Positions 7,784-15,168 of a stretch of 44,112 nt of DNA are shown piece after piece. Location: the IMG/VR virus record IMGVR_UViG_3300029558_000015, positions 1 to 44,112 of that record; one strand, given 5' to 3'. The stretch is from a virus. Position 1 is the first letter of the stretch. Every line of letters starts with the position of its first letter. The position numbers were made by a program, and so were the translations under genes. The notes under the pieces were generated by a model. It was not told the DNA's origin, did no database searches, and saw only the letters and a program-made list of their open reading frames with translations.

Positions 7784-8013
7784 GCTGTCTTCCCTCCTTC
7801 TTCCCTATATTCAATGTCCAGAATCTTGCAGATGCTCTGAATAACCTTCGGCGCGCTTCTGTCGCCGTGCAGAATTTTGTACATGTAGCTGTCATCAACG
7901 TACAGCCCTGTATCCTGCTTCACAAGGTCAATCAGTTCTACCTGCTTCATTCCCCGCTTGAGCATTGCAATTTTCGCTTCTAAGCCAAACGGGGATAATG
8001 CGGTTTCTCTCAA
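7780..8013 (-). CDS. Cro-like XRE-family HTH regulator (77 aa, TTG start)
   Basis: TTG at 8013 lies 7 nt after AAAGGAGGT. HTH segment MKQVELIDLVKQDTGLYVDDSYMYKILHG. The longer ATG ORF to 8172 would run through the promoter/operator region. Confidence 0.7.
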   Translation of the reverse strand: MRETALSPFGLEAKIAMLKRGMKQVELIDLVKQDTGLYVDDSYMYKILHGDRSAPKVIQSICKILDIEYREEGGKTA

Positions 8014-8040
8014 ATTTCGTACCTCCTTTAAAAAATCATC

Positions 8041-8069
8041 TTGACAGGTACGGGAAAATGTACTAATAT
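8041..8069 (+). promoter_or_regulatory. Sigma-70 type promoter TTGACA-17-TAATAT driving the CI-like gene
   Basis: Hexamers read directly. The 17-nt spacer is almost entirely the 16-bp operator GTACGGGAAAATGTAC. Confidence 0.75.
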
Positions 8070-8170
8070 AAAGGTGCAAAGATTTTACACTGTACGAAGT
8101 TTCGTACCCGATGTTTGCATTATAGTACAAATATTCGTACAGGTCAATAGATTCGTACGAATATTTGTAC
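8048..8170. promoter_or_regulatory. Four 16-bp operators of form GTAC-N8-GTAC
   Basis: Sites at 8048-8063, 8092-8107 (palindrome GTACGAAGTTTCGTAC), 8125-8140 and 8155-8170. The last two are exact reverse complements of each other. Confidence 0.75.
8119..8147 (-). promoter_or_regulatory. Sigma-70 type promoter TTGACC-17-TATAAT driving the Cro-like/early operon
   Basis: Read on the minus strand. The 17-nt spacer is almost entirely the 16-bp operator GTACGAATATTTGTAC. It faces the plus-strand promoter. Confidence 0.75.
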
Positions 8171-8204
8171 ATTTGTATGCTTGCACAAAATGGATGGTGA
8201 TTTT

Positions 8205-8576
8205 ATGTCAGATTTATACAACAACATCCACGCCCTGTGCGAAAAAGAAAACATTAAAGATGGAACTCTTTGTAGTAAAGTTGGAGTAACGCGAAGCACT
8301 CTTTCTGAGCTAAAAAGAGGGCGAACTACAAGTCTATCACTTAAAAATCTTCAAAAAATTGCCGATTACTTCGGTGTTTCGATTTCTGATTTGACCGGAG
8401 AAGCACCGGAGCAAAAAGAAAAGCCCACTCCCAGTGAAGAGAGTGAGCTGAATGCGCACGCTAAAGCCATACTATATAAGTATGAGCAGCTTGACCCTGC
8501 GCAAAGGGTTATGTTTGAAAAGATGCTTGACGCTGCACTTGAGGCAGCGAAGGGGGATAAAAATGAAAAAAACTGA
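8205..8576 (+). CDS. CI-like XRE-family HTH repressor (123 aa, no peptidase domain)
   Basis: HTH segment LCSKVGVTRSTLSELKRGRTTSLSLKNLQKIADYFGVSISDL. Divergent from the Cro-like gene. Confidence 0.75.
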   Translation: MSDLYNNIHALCEKENIKDGTLCSKVGVTRSTLSELKRGRTTSLSLKNLQKIADYFGVSISDLTGEAPEQKEKPTPSEESELNAHAKAILYKYEQLDPAQRVMFEKMLDAALEAAKGDKNEKN

Positions 8577-8763
8577 ATTTCAGGCTGTTATCAATAGTTC
8601 TGTGAACGAATACGCACGAAAAGCAGTTGCCGATTTGGACGCTCATCCTGAACGCTCCGATCTCGAAAAAATAGCAGTGCTGTACAAGAGCTCCCTGATC
8701 GGCTCCGTTGAGATCGTGATTGACGCTCTGCAGAAAACGGGCGTGTTAAATTTTGACGATTGA
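8563..8763 (+). CDS. Hypothetical protein (66 aa)
   Basis: ATG at 8563 follows GGGGGA. Overlaps the repressor gene end. Confidence 0.5.
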   Translation: MKKTEFQAVINSSVNEYARKAVADLDAHPERSDLEKIAVLYKSSLIGSVEIVIDALQKTGVLNFDD

Positions 8764-8895
8764 TTCTTTGGAGTTGGCAAGCTCGTTCAGGCTTTCTCTG
8801 ATGCAATTGCTCACCGCAACATAGGATCTTTCTTTTTCCAGAAGGTGAATAAAATCTGCGGTTTCCTGCGGGGTGGCAGTGATTTCGATTTTCAT
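8746..8895 (-). CDS. Hypothetical protein (49 aa)
   Basis: ATG at 8895 follows AAAGGA. Second gene of a small two-gene minus-strand unit. Confidence 0.4.
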   Translation of the reverse strand: MKIEITATPQETADFIHLLEKERSYVAVSNCIRESLNELANSKESIVKI

Positions 8896-8899
8896 AACG

Positions 8900-9025
8900 T
8901 TATCCTTTCTGCGCGGCTTCCAGCAGCGCGTCAACATCGATGTCAAGAGAAAGTGCAAGCTTGATTTTCTCAAGTATAACACATTCCGGGGCCGATTTCA
9001 TCAATTTTGTGCTATGTTCTTGCAC
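8900..9025 (-). CDS. Small ORF (41 aa, GTG start) resembling the C-terminal end of an HTH protein
   Basis: GTG at 9025 follows AAAGGAGGAAAACAAA. The tail ILEKIKLALSLDIDVDALLEAAQKG looks like the end of an XRE HTH domain. Possibly a remnant. Confidence 0.35.
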   Translation of the reverse strand: MQEHSTKLMKSAPECVILEKIKLALSLDIDVDALLEAAQKG

Positions 9026-9203
9026 TTTGTTTTCCTCCTTTGGTCATTGAAAATTTGTTTTCTGGCAGCCGGTTGGCTGCCTATTTTTGAATCTTTTTTC
9101 TGAATTCGGTTAGTTTGCAACGCCATTATACAACCATTTAGTGTTCGATGCAATAGCGTTGACTATATTTTTTTGTATTATTTTGAAATGAGGAGAATGT
9201 ACT

Positions 9204-9965
9204 ATGAAATGTCCCAAATGCGGAAGCGAAGTCCAAGAATCCAAATTTTGTTCGGAGTGCGGAGCGCCGTTGAGCGAAAAGACTGCTGCACAAGAAAAGG
9301 CACAGGCAAATTCTAAGAAAAAGCCCAAAAAGAAGCGCGGGTGTGGCACAGTCTTTCTTGTGTTCTTTGCGTTTATCCTTATTGGCGGTTTTCTCACTGC
9401 TATCGAAGACCCTCAATTTTCACAATCCGCTTCTGCCGGAAGGCAAGCGGCCTCTATGCAGTCTGGAAGCACCGCAATCCCCAGCGCAGAAAAGCAAGCC
9501 GAAATCGATGCAGCCCTCGCAAAGCTAACGAAAAAAGCGGACGAGGTCGAGAATTCTGCTTACTATATGCCTTCCTGCTATCCAGAGTATGCCAATAGCA
9601 GAAGTTTTGCTCTTCCGTATATCGGAGAAAAAGACGGGAATTATGGCCTGCTTTGGAAATTCAACTACACCGGATCTGATTGGGTATTCTTCTCAGATGT
9701 AGTTATCAATATCGACGGTGAAAAAGCTGCTACAATTCCGTTCAATTACTTCGATATAAACCAGCAGGTGTTCACCGGCGGTGTATACGAAGCCGTCGAT
9801 GTTAATCCTGCTTCCAAATATGTTGACTTGCTGCAGAAAATTGCAAGCTCTGAAAAAACGATTATTCGCTTTGAGGGAAAAGATAGCAAGTATGACATGA
9901 CAGTTTCTGACACCGATAAGCAGGGAATCCAGGACGTGCTCGACGCATATAATCTTGTCAAATAA
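9204..9965 (+). CDS. Zinc-ribbon membrane protein (253 aa), lysogeny-region moron
   Basis: N-terminus MKCPKCGSEV..KFCSECGAPL, a basic stretch, the TM segment VFLVFFAFILIGGFL, then an extracellular-type domain. GAGGAGA RBS. Confidence 0.75.
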   Translation: MKCPKCGSEVQESKFCSECGAPLSEKTAAQEKAQANSKKKPKKKRGCGTVFLVFFAFILIGGFLTAIEDPQFSQSASAGRQAASMQSGSTAIPSAEKQAEIDAALAKLTKKADEVENSAYYMPSCYPEYANSRSFALPYIGEKDGNYGLLWKFNYTGSDWVFFSDVVINIDGEKAATIPFNYFDINQQVFTGGVYEAVDVNPASKYVDLLQKIASSEKTIIRFEGKDSKYDMTVSDTDKQGIQDVLDAYNLVK

Positions 9966-10173
9966 CGGAATCGTCGTCCAACCGCTGCATTTTCTGCAGC
10001 AGTTCCCCGGCAAGCTCCCCGCCGGGGCAGTTGGCGGCATCCAGCAAGCGCCGGACGCTTTCCGCCTTGCGGGTTACATAAAGCCGGGCCTTGGTCTGGC
10101 CTTCGGGCGGCATATCCTCGTAGCACGCCAGGGCGGCGCGGATGTGGGTGCAAAAGCTCTGCATTTTGTCCAT
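9958..10173 (-). CDS. Hypothetical protein (71 aa)
   Basis: ORF sits directly downstream of a 36-aa ORF and follows GGGAGGAATGATCT. Confidence 0.45.
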   Translation of the reverse strand: MDKMQSFCTHIRAALACYEDMPPEGQTKARLYVTRKAESVRRLLDAANCPGGELAGELLQKMQRLDDDSVI

Positions 10174-10176
10174 AGA

Positions 10177-10287
10177 TCATTCCTCCCAGGGCTTTGGAGT
10201 GGGCCGCGTGCCGGTGAGCACGCTGGCGGGCATTCCGTCAATGATGGTCATATCGGGGTCCATGCTGACTGTCTGACTGTTTTTCAT
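10177..10287 (-). CDS. Small ORF (36 aa), absent from the ORF track
   Basis: ATG at 10287 follows AAAGGAGGAAAATGAA. Confidence 0.4.
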   Translation of the reverse strand: MKNSQTVSMDPDMTIIDGMPASVLTGTRPTPKPWEE

Positions 10288-10379
10288 TTCATTTTCCTCC
10301 TTTTTTGGTAATATTTGCATCTTATGCACCAGATTCTACCATGCGCCAGAGGAAAATGAAATCTGTGTAATTTTTGTCG

Positions 10380-10414
10380 AATGGCGCAGAGTTTTTCTGC
10401 GCCATTTTCCTTTT
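10380..10414 (+). terminator. Rho-independent terminator (11-bp perfect stem, T-rich tail) upstream of the HTH-integrase operon
   Basis: AATGGCGCAGA gtttt TCTGCGCCATT followed by TTCCTTTT. Confidence 0.65.
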
Positions 10415-10443
10415 ATAACACGCTGCGTTTAGGGGTGATAAGC

Positions 10444-11031
10444 ATGAGTTATTTTACCGCTGATCAAATCGGGAAGGCGCTTTCAAAAGCGCGGGTATCC
10501 GCCGGGCTAAGTCAGAGAGAGATTGCGATCCGCGTCCAGAAGGGAGAGCGGACCGTGCAAAGCTGGGAAAAAGGCGACACAAGCCCAGACAGCGACGAGA
10601 TCATGGATTGGTGCACGGCCTGCGGAGTATCCCCCATCACGGTTTTTATGGAAGTTATGCACCCGGATCTGTACGCAGTGCCAGACGGGCAGAAAGAAGA
10701 TGCAGCCATAGATAAGGAGCTGCACACGCTGGTGCAGGCGCTTCCACCGCTCACCCGGCGGCTTCTGCTTTTTGTGCTCAAGGGCCGACATGGGAGCAGC
10801 CCGCCTGCGGTTATATCTGAAATGGCTGCAAACCTCCACTGCCCTCTCAACAACAGGGTCACTGTGTGCGGCACCATCATCGATCAGTACAGCTTTGCCA
10901 AGATCAGAGGGCTTGACCCGTGCCCGGACGAGCCGCATCCTCCGATAGAGGATTTGAAAATCGATTACAAGTCCGGGCGCGCAGCGTCAGAGAACGGCGC
11001 TTTGGGCTATATAGGGCGCAGAAAGGAGTAG
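10444..11031 (+). CDS. XRE-family HTH protein with C-terminal domain (195 aa), co-oriented with the integrase
   Basis: HTH segment LSQREIAIRVQKGERTVQSWEKGDTSP. ATG at 10444 follows GGGGTGA. Confidence 0.7.
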   Translation: MSYFTADQIGKALSKARVSAGLSQREIAIRVQKGERTVQSWEKGDTSPDSDEIMDWCTACGVSPITVFMEVMHPDLYAVPDGQKEDAAIDKELHTLVQALPPLTRRLLLFVLKGRHGSSPPAVISEMAANLHCPLNNRVTVCGTIIDQYSFAKIRGLDPCPDEPHPPIEDLKIDYKSGRAASENGALGYIGRRKE

Positions 11032-11035
11032 TGTA

Positions 11036-12166
11036 ATGAAATGTATCAGATGCCATGTAAGCATTCCAGACAAGGCCTTATTTTGCCCGTGGTGCGGAAA
11101 GCAGCAGGGTGCAACGTCCGCTCCCGTGCATAGAAAAAAGCGCCGCCGCCCAAAGGGCAGCGGTAGCGTGTACAAGCTGAAAGGGGTCCGGGCAAGGCCC
11201 TATGTAGCCGTGACCGGGAAAAAGGAAGTGCTGGGCACATACGGAACGCCCGGGGAAGCCGTCCAGGCGCTTGACGCATACAACGCCCAGAACACCCCGG
11301 CAGAGCGTCTGAAGTGTACTTTTGCGGATGCCTACGAAAAATGGCGGGCACAGCCGAAGTTTTCAAGTCTCAGCCGGGACATGATAAATGGATACGAGCT
11401 GGCTTTCAAAAAAGCCGCTCCGCTGTACAGCCGACAAATGCGAGACCTGAAAGCGGAGGACTATCAGCAGATCATAGACCAAATGGTCGCAGACGGTCTC
11501 TCCCGCAGCTCGTGTGAGAAGCAGCGCACCCTTTTCAGCCAGCTATGTGAGTGGGCAATGGCCCAGGACATCATTAACAAGAACTATGCCCAGCTCCTTC
11601 ACCTTCCCGCCGCAGCCGGAAAGGCAGAGCGTACCCTTACGGCGGACGAGATTGCCCGGATCAGCGCCTACCAGACCGACAAGCGCTTTGGTCAGACAGC
11701 GCAGATTGCTATGGTGCTTCTCTATACAGGAATGCGCATCGATGAGCTGCTCTCCATGCGCTGCGAGAACGTGTACCTGAAAGAGCACTATATGCAGGGC
11801 GGTGAAAAAACGGAAGCGGGCAAAAACCGCATCATCCCCATTCTCGACCCCATTTACAAGATCATCGCCTTCTGGATGATGGACAGCGGGTGCGAGTGGC
11901 TGATACCTTCCAAGGCTGGAACGAAACTGGACAAGAGAAACGTGGCCACGAAGTTTCGGGCCTTGATGCAGGAGTGCCAGATCGATGGCGTGCACCCGCA
12001 CACCCTTCGCCACACGGCCAGCAGCAAGATGGTGGAGTGCGGTCTTGAAAAGACCGCCGTGCAGGCTATCCTCGGCCACAAAAATTTTTCCACCACAGCA
12101 AACAAGTACGTTTCCCACAACGACCCGACATACTTGTTACAGGAGATGCAAAAAATGAAATACTGA
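11036..12166 (+). CDS. int: Tyrosine site-specific integrase with N-terminal zinc ribbon
   Basis: C-terminal catalytic region HTLRHTASSKMVE...ILGHKNFSTTANKYVSH. N-terminus CIRCHVSIPDKALFCPWCG. AAAGGAG RBS. Confidence 0.93.
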   Translation: MKCIRCHVSIPDKALFCPWCGKQQGATSAPVHRKKRRRPKGSGSVYKLKGVRARPYVAVTGKKEVLGTYGTPGEAVQALDAYNAQNTPAERLKCTFADAYEKWRAQPKFSSLSRDMINGYELAFKKAAPLYSRQMRDLKAEDYQQIIDQMVADGLSRSSCEKQRTLFSQLCEWAMAQDIINKNYAQLLHLPAAAGKAERTLTADEIARISAYQTDKRFGQTAQIAMVLLYTGMRIDELLSMRCENVYLKEHYMQGGEKTEAGKNRIIPILDPIYKIIAFWMMDSGCEWLIPSKAGTKLDKRNVATKFRALMQECQIDGVHPHTLRHTASSKMVECGLEKTAVQAILGHKNFSTTANKYVSHNDPTYLLQEMQKMKY

Positions 12167-12231
12167 TTTTGTTAGCCTGTTTGTTAGTTTATTCCGGATT
12201 ATTATCGTTTTTTGCCGTGTTTTCACAAAAG

Positions 12232-12278
12232 AAAATGCCGTTCATGTGATTTAATATCACGAATGAACGGCATTTTTT
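12232..12278 (+). terminator. Terminator hairpin after int
   Basis: AAAATGCCGTTCATGTGAT tta ATCACGAATGAACGGCATTTTTT (one 2-nt bulge), flanked by A and T runs. Confidence 0.75.
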
Positions 12279-12327
12279 GGAGCTAGTGACAGGAGTTGAA
12301 CCTGCAACCCACTGATTACAAATCAAT
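12278..12327 (-). other. attP core: 3' 50 nt of a tRNA-Thr(UGU) gene (anticodon arm to CCA), not a complete tRNA
   Basis: Minus strand reads ATTGA TTTGTAA TCAGT GGGTT GCAGG TTCAACT CCTGT CACTAGC T CCA. No D arm or 5' acceptor strand lies upstream. It is next to int. Confidence 0.75.
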
Positions 12328-12442
12328 AATATTTTTCGTATTTATGTTATTTTTACAGCAAACGTTAGTTTGTTGTTCGCTTATTGTGTTTTTCCAGAGT
12401 GATAAAACGTCTGCCTTATTTTACAACAAATATTGCAAAAAT

Positions 12443-12781
12443 TCAACGCATGTATGCGGAGCGTTCTTTTGTAACAGCTTCGCACAGGCCGGAAACAAGG
12501 TCTTCCGCCATGCTCCACATGTGATGCAGCTCTACGCCAGCCGCAGAATCCTCACTATCAACGCCGGTAAGGATTTTCTGTGCAATGCGGCGGTTTGCAT
12601 CGGCGTGCTCCATTTCTTCCCCAGAGAGCTTGTACCACTCAGAAGAAGCATAGGGACAGACGTTTTTGTATTCCATCGCCATGCTTGCGTAATTCATCGC
12701 GTCGCTGTACTCTTCGGCCATTTGCTTTGCAGCATGAACGAGTGTGTCCTTATACCCTGCAAATTTTGCTTCGTCCATCAT
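12443..12781 (-). CDS. Helical hypothetical protein (112 aa), last gene of the accessory cassette
   Basis: ATG at 12781 lies 8 nt after AGGAGG. The sequence looks predominantly helical. Family not recognised. Confidence 0.55.
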   Translation of the reverse strand: MMDEAKFAGYKDTLVHAAKQMAEEYSDAMNYASMAMEYKNVCPYASSEWYKLSGEEMEHADANRRIAQKILTGVDSEDSAAGVELHHMWSMAEDLVSGLCEAVTKERSAYMR

Positions 12782-12797
12782 AACCAAATCCTCCTTT

Positions 12798-13199
12798 TTA
12801 CAGCTTCTCCACGGTCACAGCCAGGTTGTTCACCACGGCAGCAGTTCCGGTCAGCAGGAAGCTCAGGATAGAGCTTTCGCAGCCGCACGCATTGCGCACC
12901 AGGAAAGTCAGTGCCAGATTGGTCGGTGCAGCCGCAGTGGCCACAGCCTGAGAAGCGGTAGCGCCGATGACAGCCACGCCGTCCTTCTGGCCGGTCAGGG
13001 TCACAGTGCCTGCAGCCGTGGGAGCCAGTGTAGCGGACACGGTCACATGGTAGTAGCCCTGACCCAGCAGGGTGATGGTGTTGCCGTCCTGCCGGATGTT
13101 GCAGCCGAATCGCCGGGAAGTGATGCCGGCAGGGATAACGTCGTTTACCGCCACGGTCTGAGCCGAGGTGTTTGCGGTATAAATCGCGGATTTAGACAT
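12798..13199 (-). CDS. BclA C-terminal-domain-like (TNF/C1q-type jelly-roll) protein, no collagen region (133 aa)
   Basis: GQGYYHVTVSATLA, VTLTGQKDGVAVIGAT and the terminal LAVTVEKL parallel BclA-CTD GFYKITVIANTA, LTIQVNGVPVPGT and IIIEKVA. AAAGGAGA RBS. Confidence 0.5.
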   Translation of the reverse strand: MSKSAIYTANTSAQTVAVNDVIPAGITSRRFGCNIRQDGNTITLLGQGYYHVTVSATLAPTAAGTVTLTGQKDGVAVIGATASQAVATAAAPTNLALTFLVRNACGCESSILSFLLTGTAAVVNNLAVTVEKL

Positions 13200-13215
13200 A
13201 AAATATCTCCTTTCT

Positions 13216-13251
13216 TATATAAAAAGGCGGAGCAGCCTTTGCCGCCCCGCC
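13216..13251 (-). terminator. Imperfect GC-rich hairpin plus TTTTTATATA between cassette genes
   Basis: GGCGGGGCGGCAAAGGCTGCTCCGCC followed by a T-run on the minus strand. Confidence 0.5.
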
Positions 13252-13276
13252 GATCCTCGCCAAAAGGGCGTATGTG

Positions 13277-13921
13277 TTAGATGTTACCGCAGCCGTTGCT
13301 GCAGCCACAGAAGGGGCTCGGGCCAGCATTGTAGGAGTAGCCGTTGGGATACCGGACTACGCCATACATCTGAGTCTGAAGCTCCAGCTGGCTGATCCGC
13401 TGGTTCTGTGCAGCGATAGTCTGCTCATACTGCTGCTTCTGGAGCTCGGCAAACTTCGCGTCAATGTTGGAGTTGATCGCACAGGTCTGCTTGTCCATCT
13501 GGGCTGCCAGGTTGGCAGTCGCCAGCCGGTTGTCGCAGCAGCACTGAGCAAGCTGTGCCTGGATGCCGTTGCCGGTCTGCAGGATGGCGGTATTGGTGCC
13601 CGCCTGAGCCAGAGCAACTTCCTTGCCCAGCTGGTCGATGTTGCCCTGCATCGCGTAGCCGAGATTGCAGATGCCGTCGCCAATGTTGGTCAGCCTGTCG
13701 TTCAGCTGGCCGAACTGCTGGCCGAAGAGGATTTCCTGCTGGCTTGCCGCAGTGGCATACTGGCCGTACTCGCCGGTGCGGTTGCCCCAGAGGCCGCCGT
13801 TGCCGCCCATAAAGACGAACAAAAAGAGGATGATGATCCACCACGCGCCACCCTGGCCCCATCCGTCGTTATCGTTGCCACGGGTCACGGCAGCGATATC
13901 GCTCAAAGACATGTTATCCAT
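13277..13921 (-). CDS. Membrane protein with YjcZ-like Gly-rich/hydrophobic N-terminus, Q-rich coiled coil and Cys-rich C-terminus (214 aa)
   Basis: GQGGAWWIIILFLFVFMGGNGGLWG, long Q/N-rich helical region, CCC motif, C-terminus FCGCSNGCGNI. Confidence 0.55.
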   Translation of the reverse strand: MDNMSLSDIAAVTRGNDNDGWGQGGAWWIIILFLFVFMGGNGGLWGNRTGEYGQYATAASQQEILFGQQFGQLNDRLTNIGDGICNLGYAMQGNIDQLGKEVALAQAGTNTAILQTGNGIQAQLAQCCCDNRLATANLAAQMDKQTCAINSNIDAKFAELQKQQYEQTIAAQNQRISQLELQTQMYGVVRYPNGYSYNAGPSPFCGCSNGCGNI

Positions 13922-13981
13922 AGTTGATTTCCTTTCTTGAGAATAGTGAAATTATTTCAAATCGTGGCCACGATTTTTCGA

Positions 13982-14209
13982 TTACTTAATGAAAGGCATG
14001 ATCTGCCTTGCCATCGCTTCCAGCTGGTGGTACTGCTCATCCGTCATCTTGCCGGACTTGCGGAGCTGCTCCACCTGCTGCTTGGCATCGCCCTGAAAAG
14101 CAGACCGGAACTGCTGAAAGCTTTGGAGAAGCTGCATCACATTGCCCATCGGGCCGGGCATCGCCGGGCTTCCTGAGCCGCCCAGGAACTGCATCAAAGG
14201 ATTTGCCAT
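13982..14209 (-). CDS. Hypothetical protein (75 aa)
   Basis: AAAGGAGGG RBS. Coupled to the upstream gene. Confidence 0.55.
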   Translation of the reverse strand: MANPLMQFLGGSGSPAMPGPMGNVMQLLQSFQQFRSAFQGDAKQQVEQLRKSGKMTDEQYHQLEAMARQIMPFIK

Positions 14210-14212
14210 ACC

Positions 14213-14662
14213 TTAACCCTCCTTTGCCCGTGCGGGCCTTGCAGGAGCCGCCGGGGCTGTCTGATACTGCGCCATCACGCGCTCCACCTCGGCCTTTACG
14301 GCAGCCTGTATCTTCTGATCTGCCTGCGCAGAAGTCAGATACTGCGTCTCTGCCGGTGTCTGCATCGCTGCCGGGTCGATCTTTGTCAGGCGGTAGTACT
14401 CGCCGGACGCATAGCCCATCGTGTCTGCCTTTTTGACAGCCATGACAGGCTCGTTTTGCACCATGATCCAGCGCGTTTCGCCGGGCTGTACCATGACCTT
14501 GTCCACGTCTGCGATGGTTGGCACCATTGTGAAGGGACTTTGTCCCCCGCTCTGTGGAGCGGCCTGCTGGGCCATTTGCTGCTGATACTGGCCTTGCCCA
14601 AAGCCCATCGGTGACATCCCACTGTAAGGGTTCGATTGCCAGCCGCCAAAAGGATATGCCAT
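14213..14662 (-). CDS. Protein with G/Q-rich low-complexity N-terminus (149 aa), first gene of the cassette
   Basis: ATG at 14662 follows AAGAAAGGA. The N-terminus is MAYPFGGWQSNPYSGMSPMGFGQGQYQQQMAQQ. The longer ORF to 14830 would cover the promoter region. Confidence 0.55.
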   Translation of the reverse strand: MAYPFGGWQSNPYSGMSPMGFGQGQYQQQMAQQAAPQSGGQSPFTMVPTIADVDKVMVQPGETRWIMVQNEPVMAVKKADTMGYASGEYYRLTKIDPAAMQTPAETQYLTSAQADQKIQAAVKAEVERVMAQYQTAPAAPARPARAKEG

Positions 14663-14712
14663 AAAGCTTCCCCGTCCTTTCTTGATCTTGTAGCACCAGT
14701 GTACCTCTCCCG

Positions 14713-14752
14713 TATATCCTGAGTGCGCAAGGAGAGTGCAAAGAGTGCGCAA
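14713..14752 (-). promoter_or_regulatory. Candidate promoter TTGCAC-17-GATATA for the cassette, overlapped by three direct repeats GAGTGC(GC)AA
   Basis: Hexamers at 14736-14741 and 14713-14718 (minus sense). Repeats at 14721-14730, 14734-14741 and 14743-14752 (plus-strand reading). Confidence 0.45.
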
Positions 14753-14767
14753 ATTTTCAAAAAAGTC

Positions 14768-14796
14768 TTGACATTTGCACGCAATGCGTGTATAAT
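14768..14796 (+). promoter_or_regulatory. Consensus sigma-70 promoter TTGACA-17-TATAAT
   Basis: Perfect hexamers with a 17-nt spacer, back to back with the cassette promoter. Confidence 0.8.
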
Positions 14797-14844
14797 AAAG
14801 ACAGTGAAAGACACAAGCACACAACAACATGGAGGTACAAAATT

Positions 14845-15057
14845 ATGAGAAACGCTATTGATATCGCTGCTGACATCCGCAAGTCCGATGTCTGGGATTA
14901 CGAGCTGTGCACCGAGCTGTGCAAGGCAGCTGACATGGAGGAAGAGTGGGAAGCTGCATCCGCTGGCGATTACGACTGGAACGACTCGAATCGCGGCCCC
15001 TCGTTTGAAGAAGTCGTTGAAGCCGCTGCCGAAAAACTGGGCGTTGAGATCTACTAA
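14845..15057 (+). CDS. Small highly acidic protein (70 aa; 19 D/E versus 6 K/R)
   Basis: GGAGGT RBS 8 nt upstream. Own consensus promoter and terminator. Confidence 0.7.
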   Translation: MRNAIDIAADIRKSDVWDYELCTELCKAADMEEEWEAASAGDYDWNDSNRGPSFEEVVEAAAEKLGVEIY

Positions 15058-15061
15058 ATAA

Positions 15062-15107
15062 AAAAATCCCCCGCCCGATGCTTGCCACACCGAACGGGGG
15101 ATTTTGT
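15062..15107. terminator. Hairpin terminator (AATCCCCCG ... CGGGGGATT plus TTT), A-run upstream
   Basis: 9-bp GC-rich stem with a 21-nt loop, immediately after the stop codon. Confidence 0.55.
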
Positions 15108-15168
15108 GAAAGACACCTCACATGGAGGTGTACATTTATCCTATCACACGAAAGAAAGGAAGTCAATC

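Noticed and set aside
7780-8172. 130-aa version of the Cro-like gene
   Set aside because: The extra N-terminal 53 aa would be translated from the AT-rich promoter/operator region. An RBS-supported TTG at 8013 gives a typical 77-aa HTH protein.
10381-11031. ATG at 10381 as the start of the HTH protein
   Set aside because: That ATG lies inside the terminator hairpin. The ATG at 10444 has an RBS and begins directly before the HTH domain.
12278-12327. Complete tRNA gene next to the integrase
   Set aside because: Only the anticodon arm through CCA is present. The upstream sequence is AT-rich with no D arm or complementary 5' acceptor strand, so it is interpreted as the attP core.
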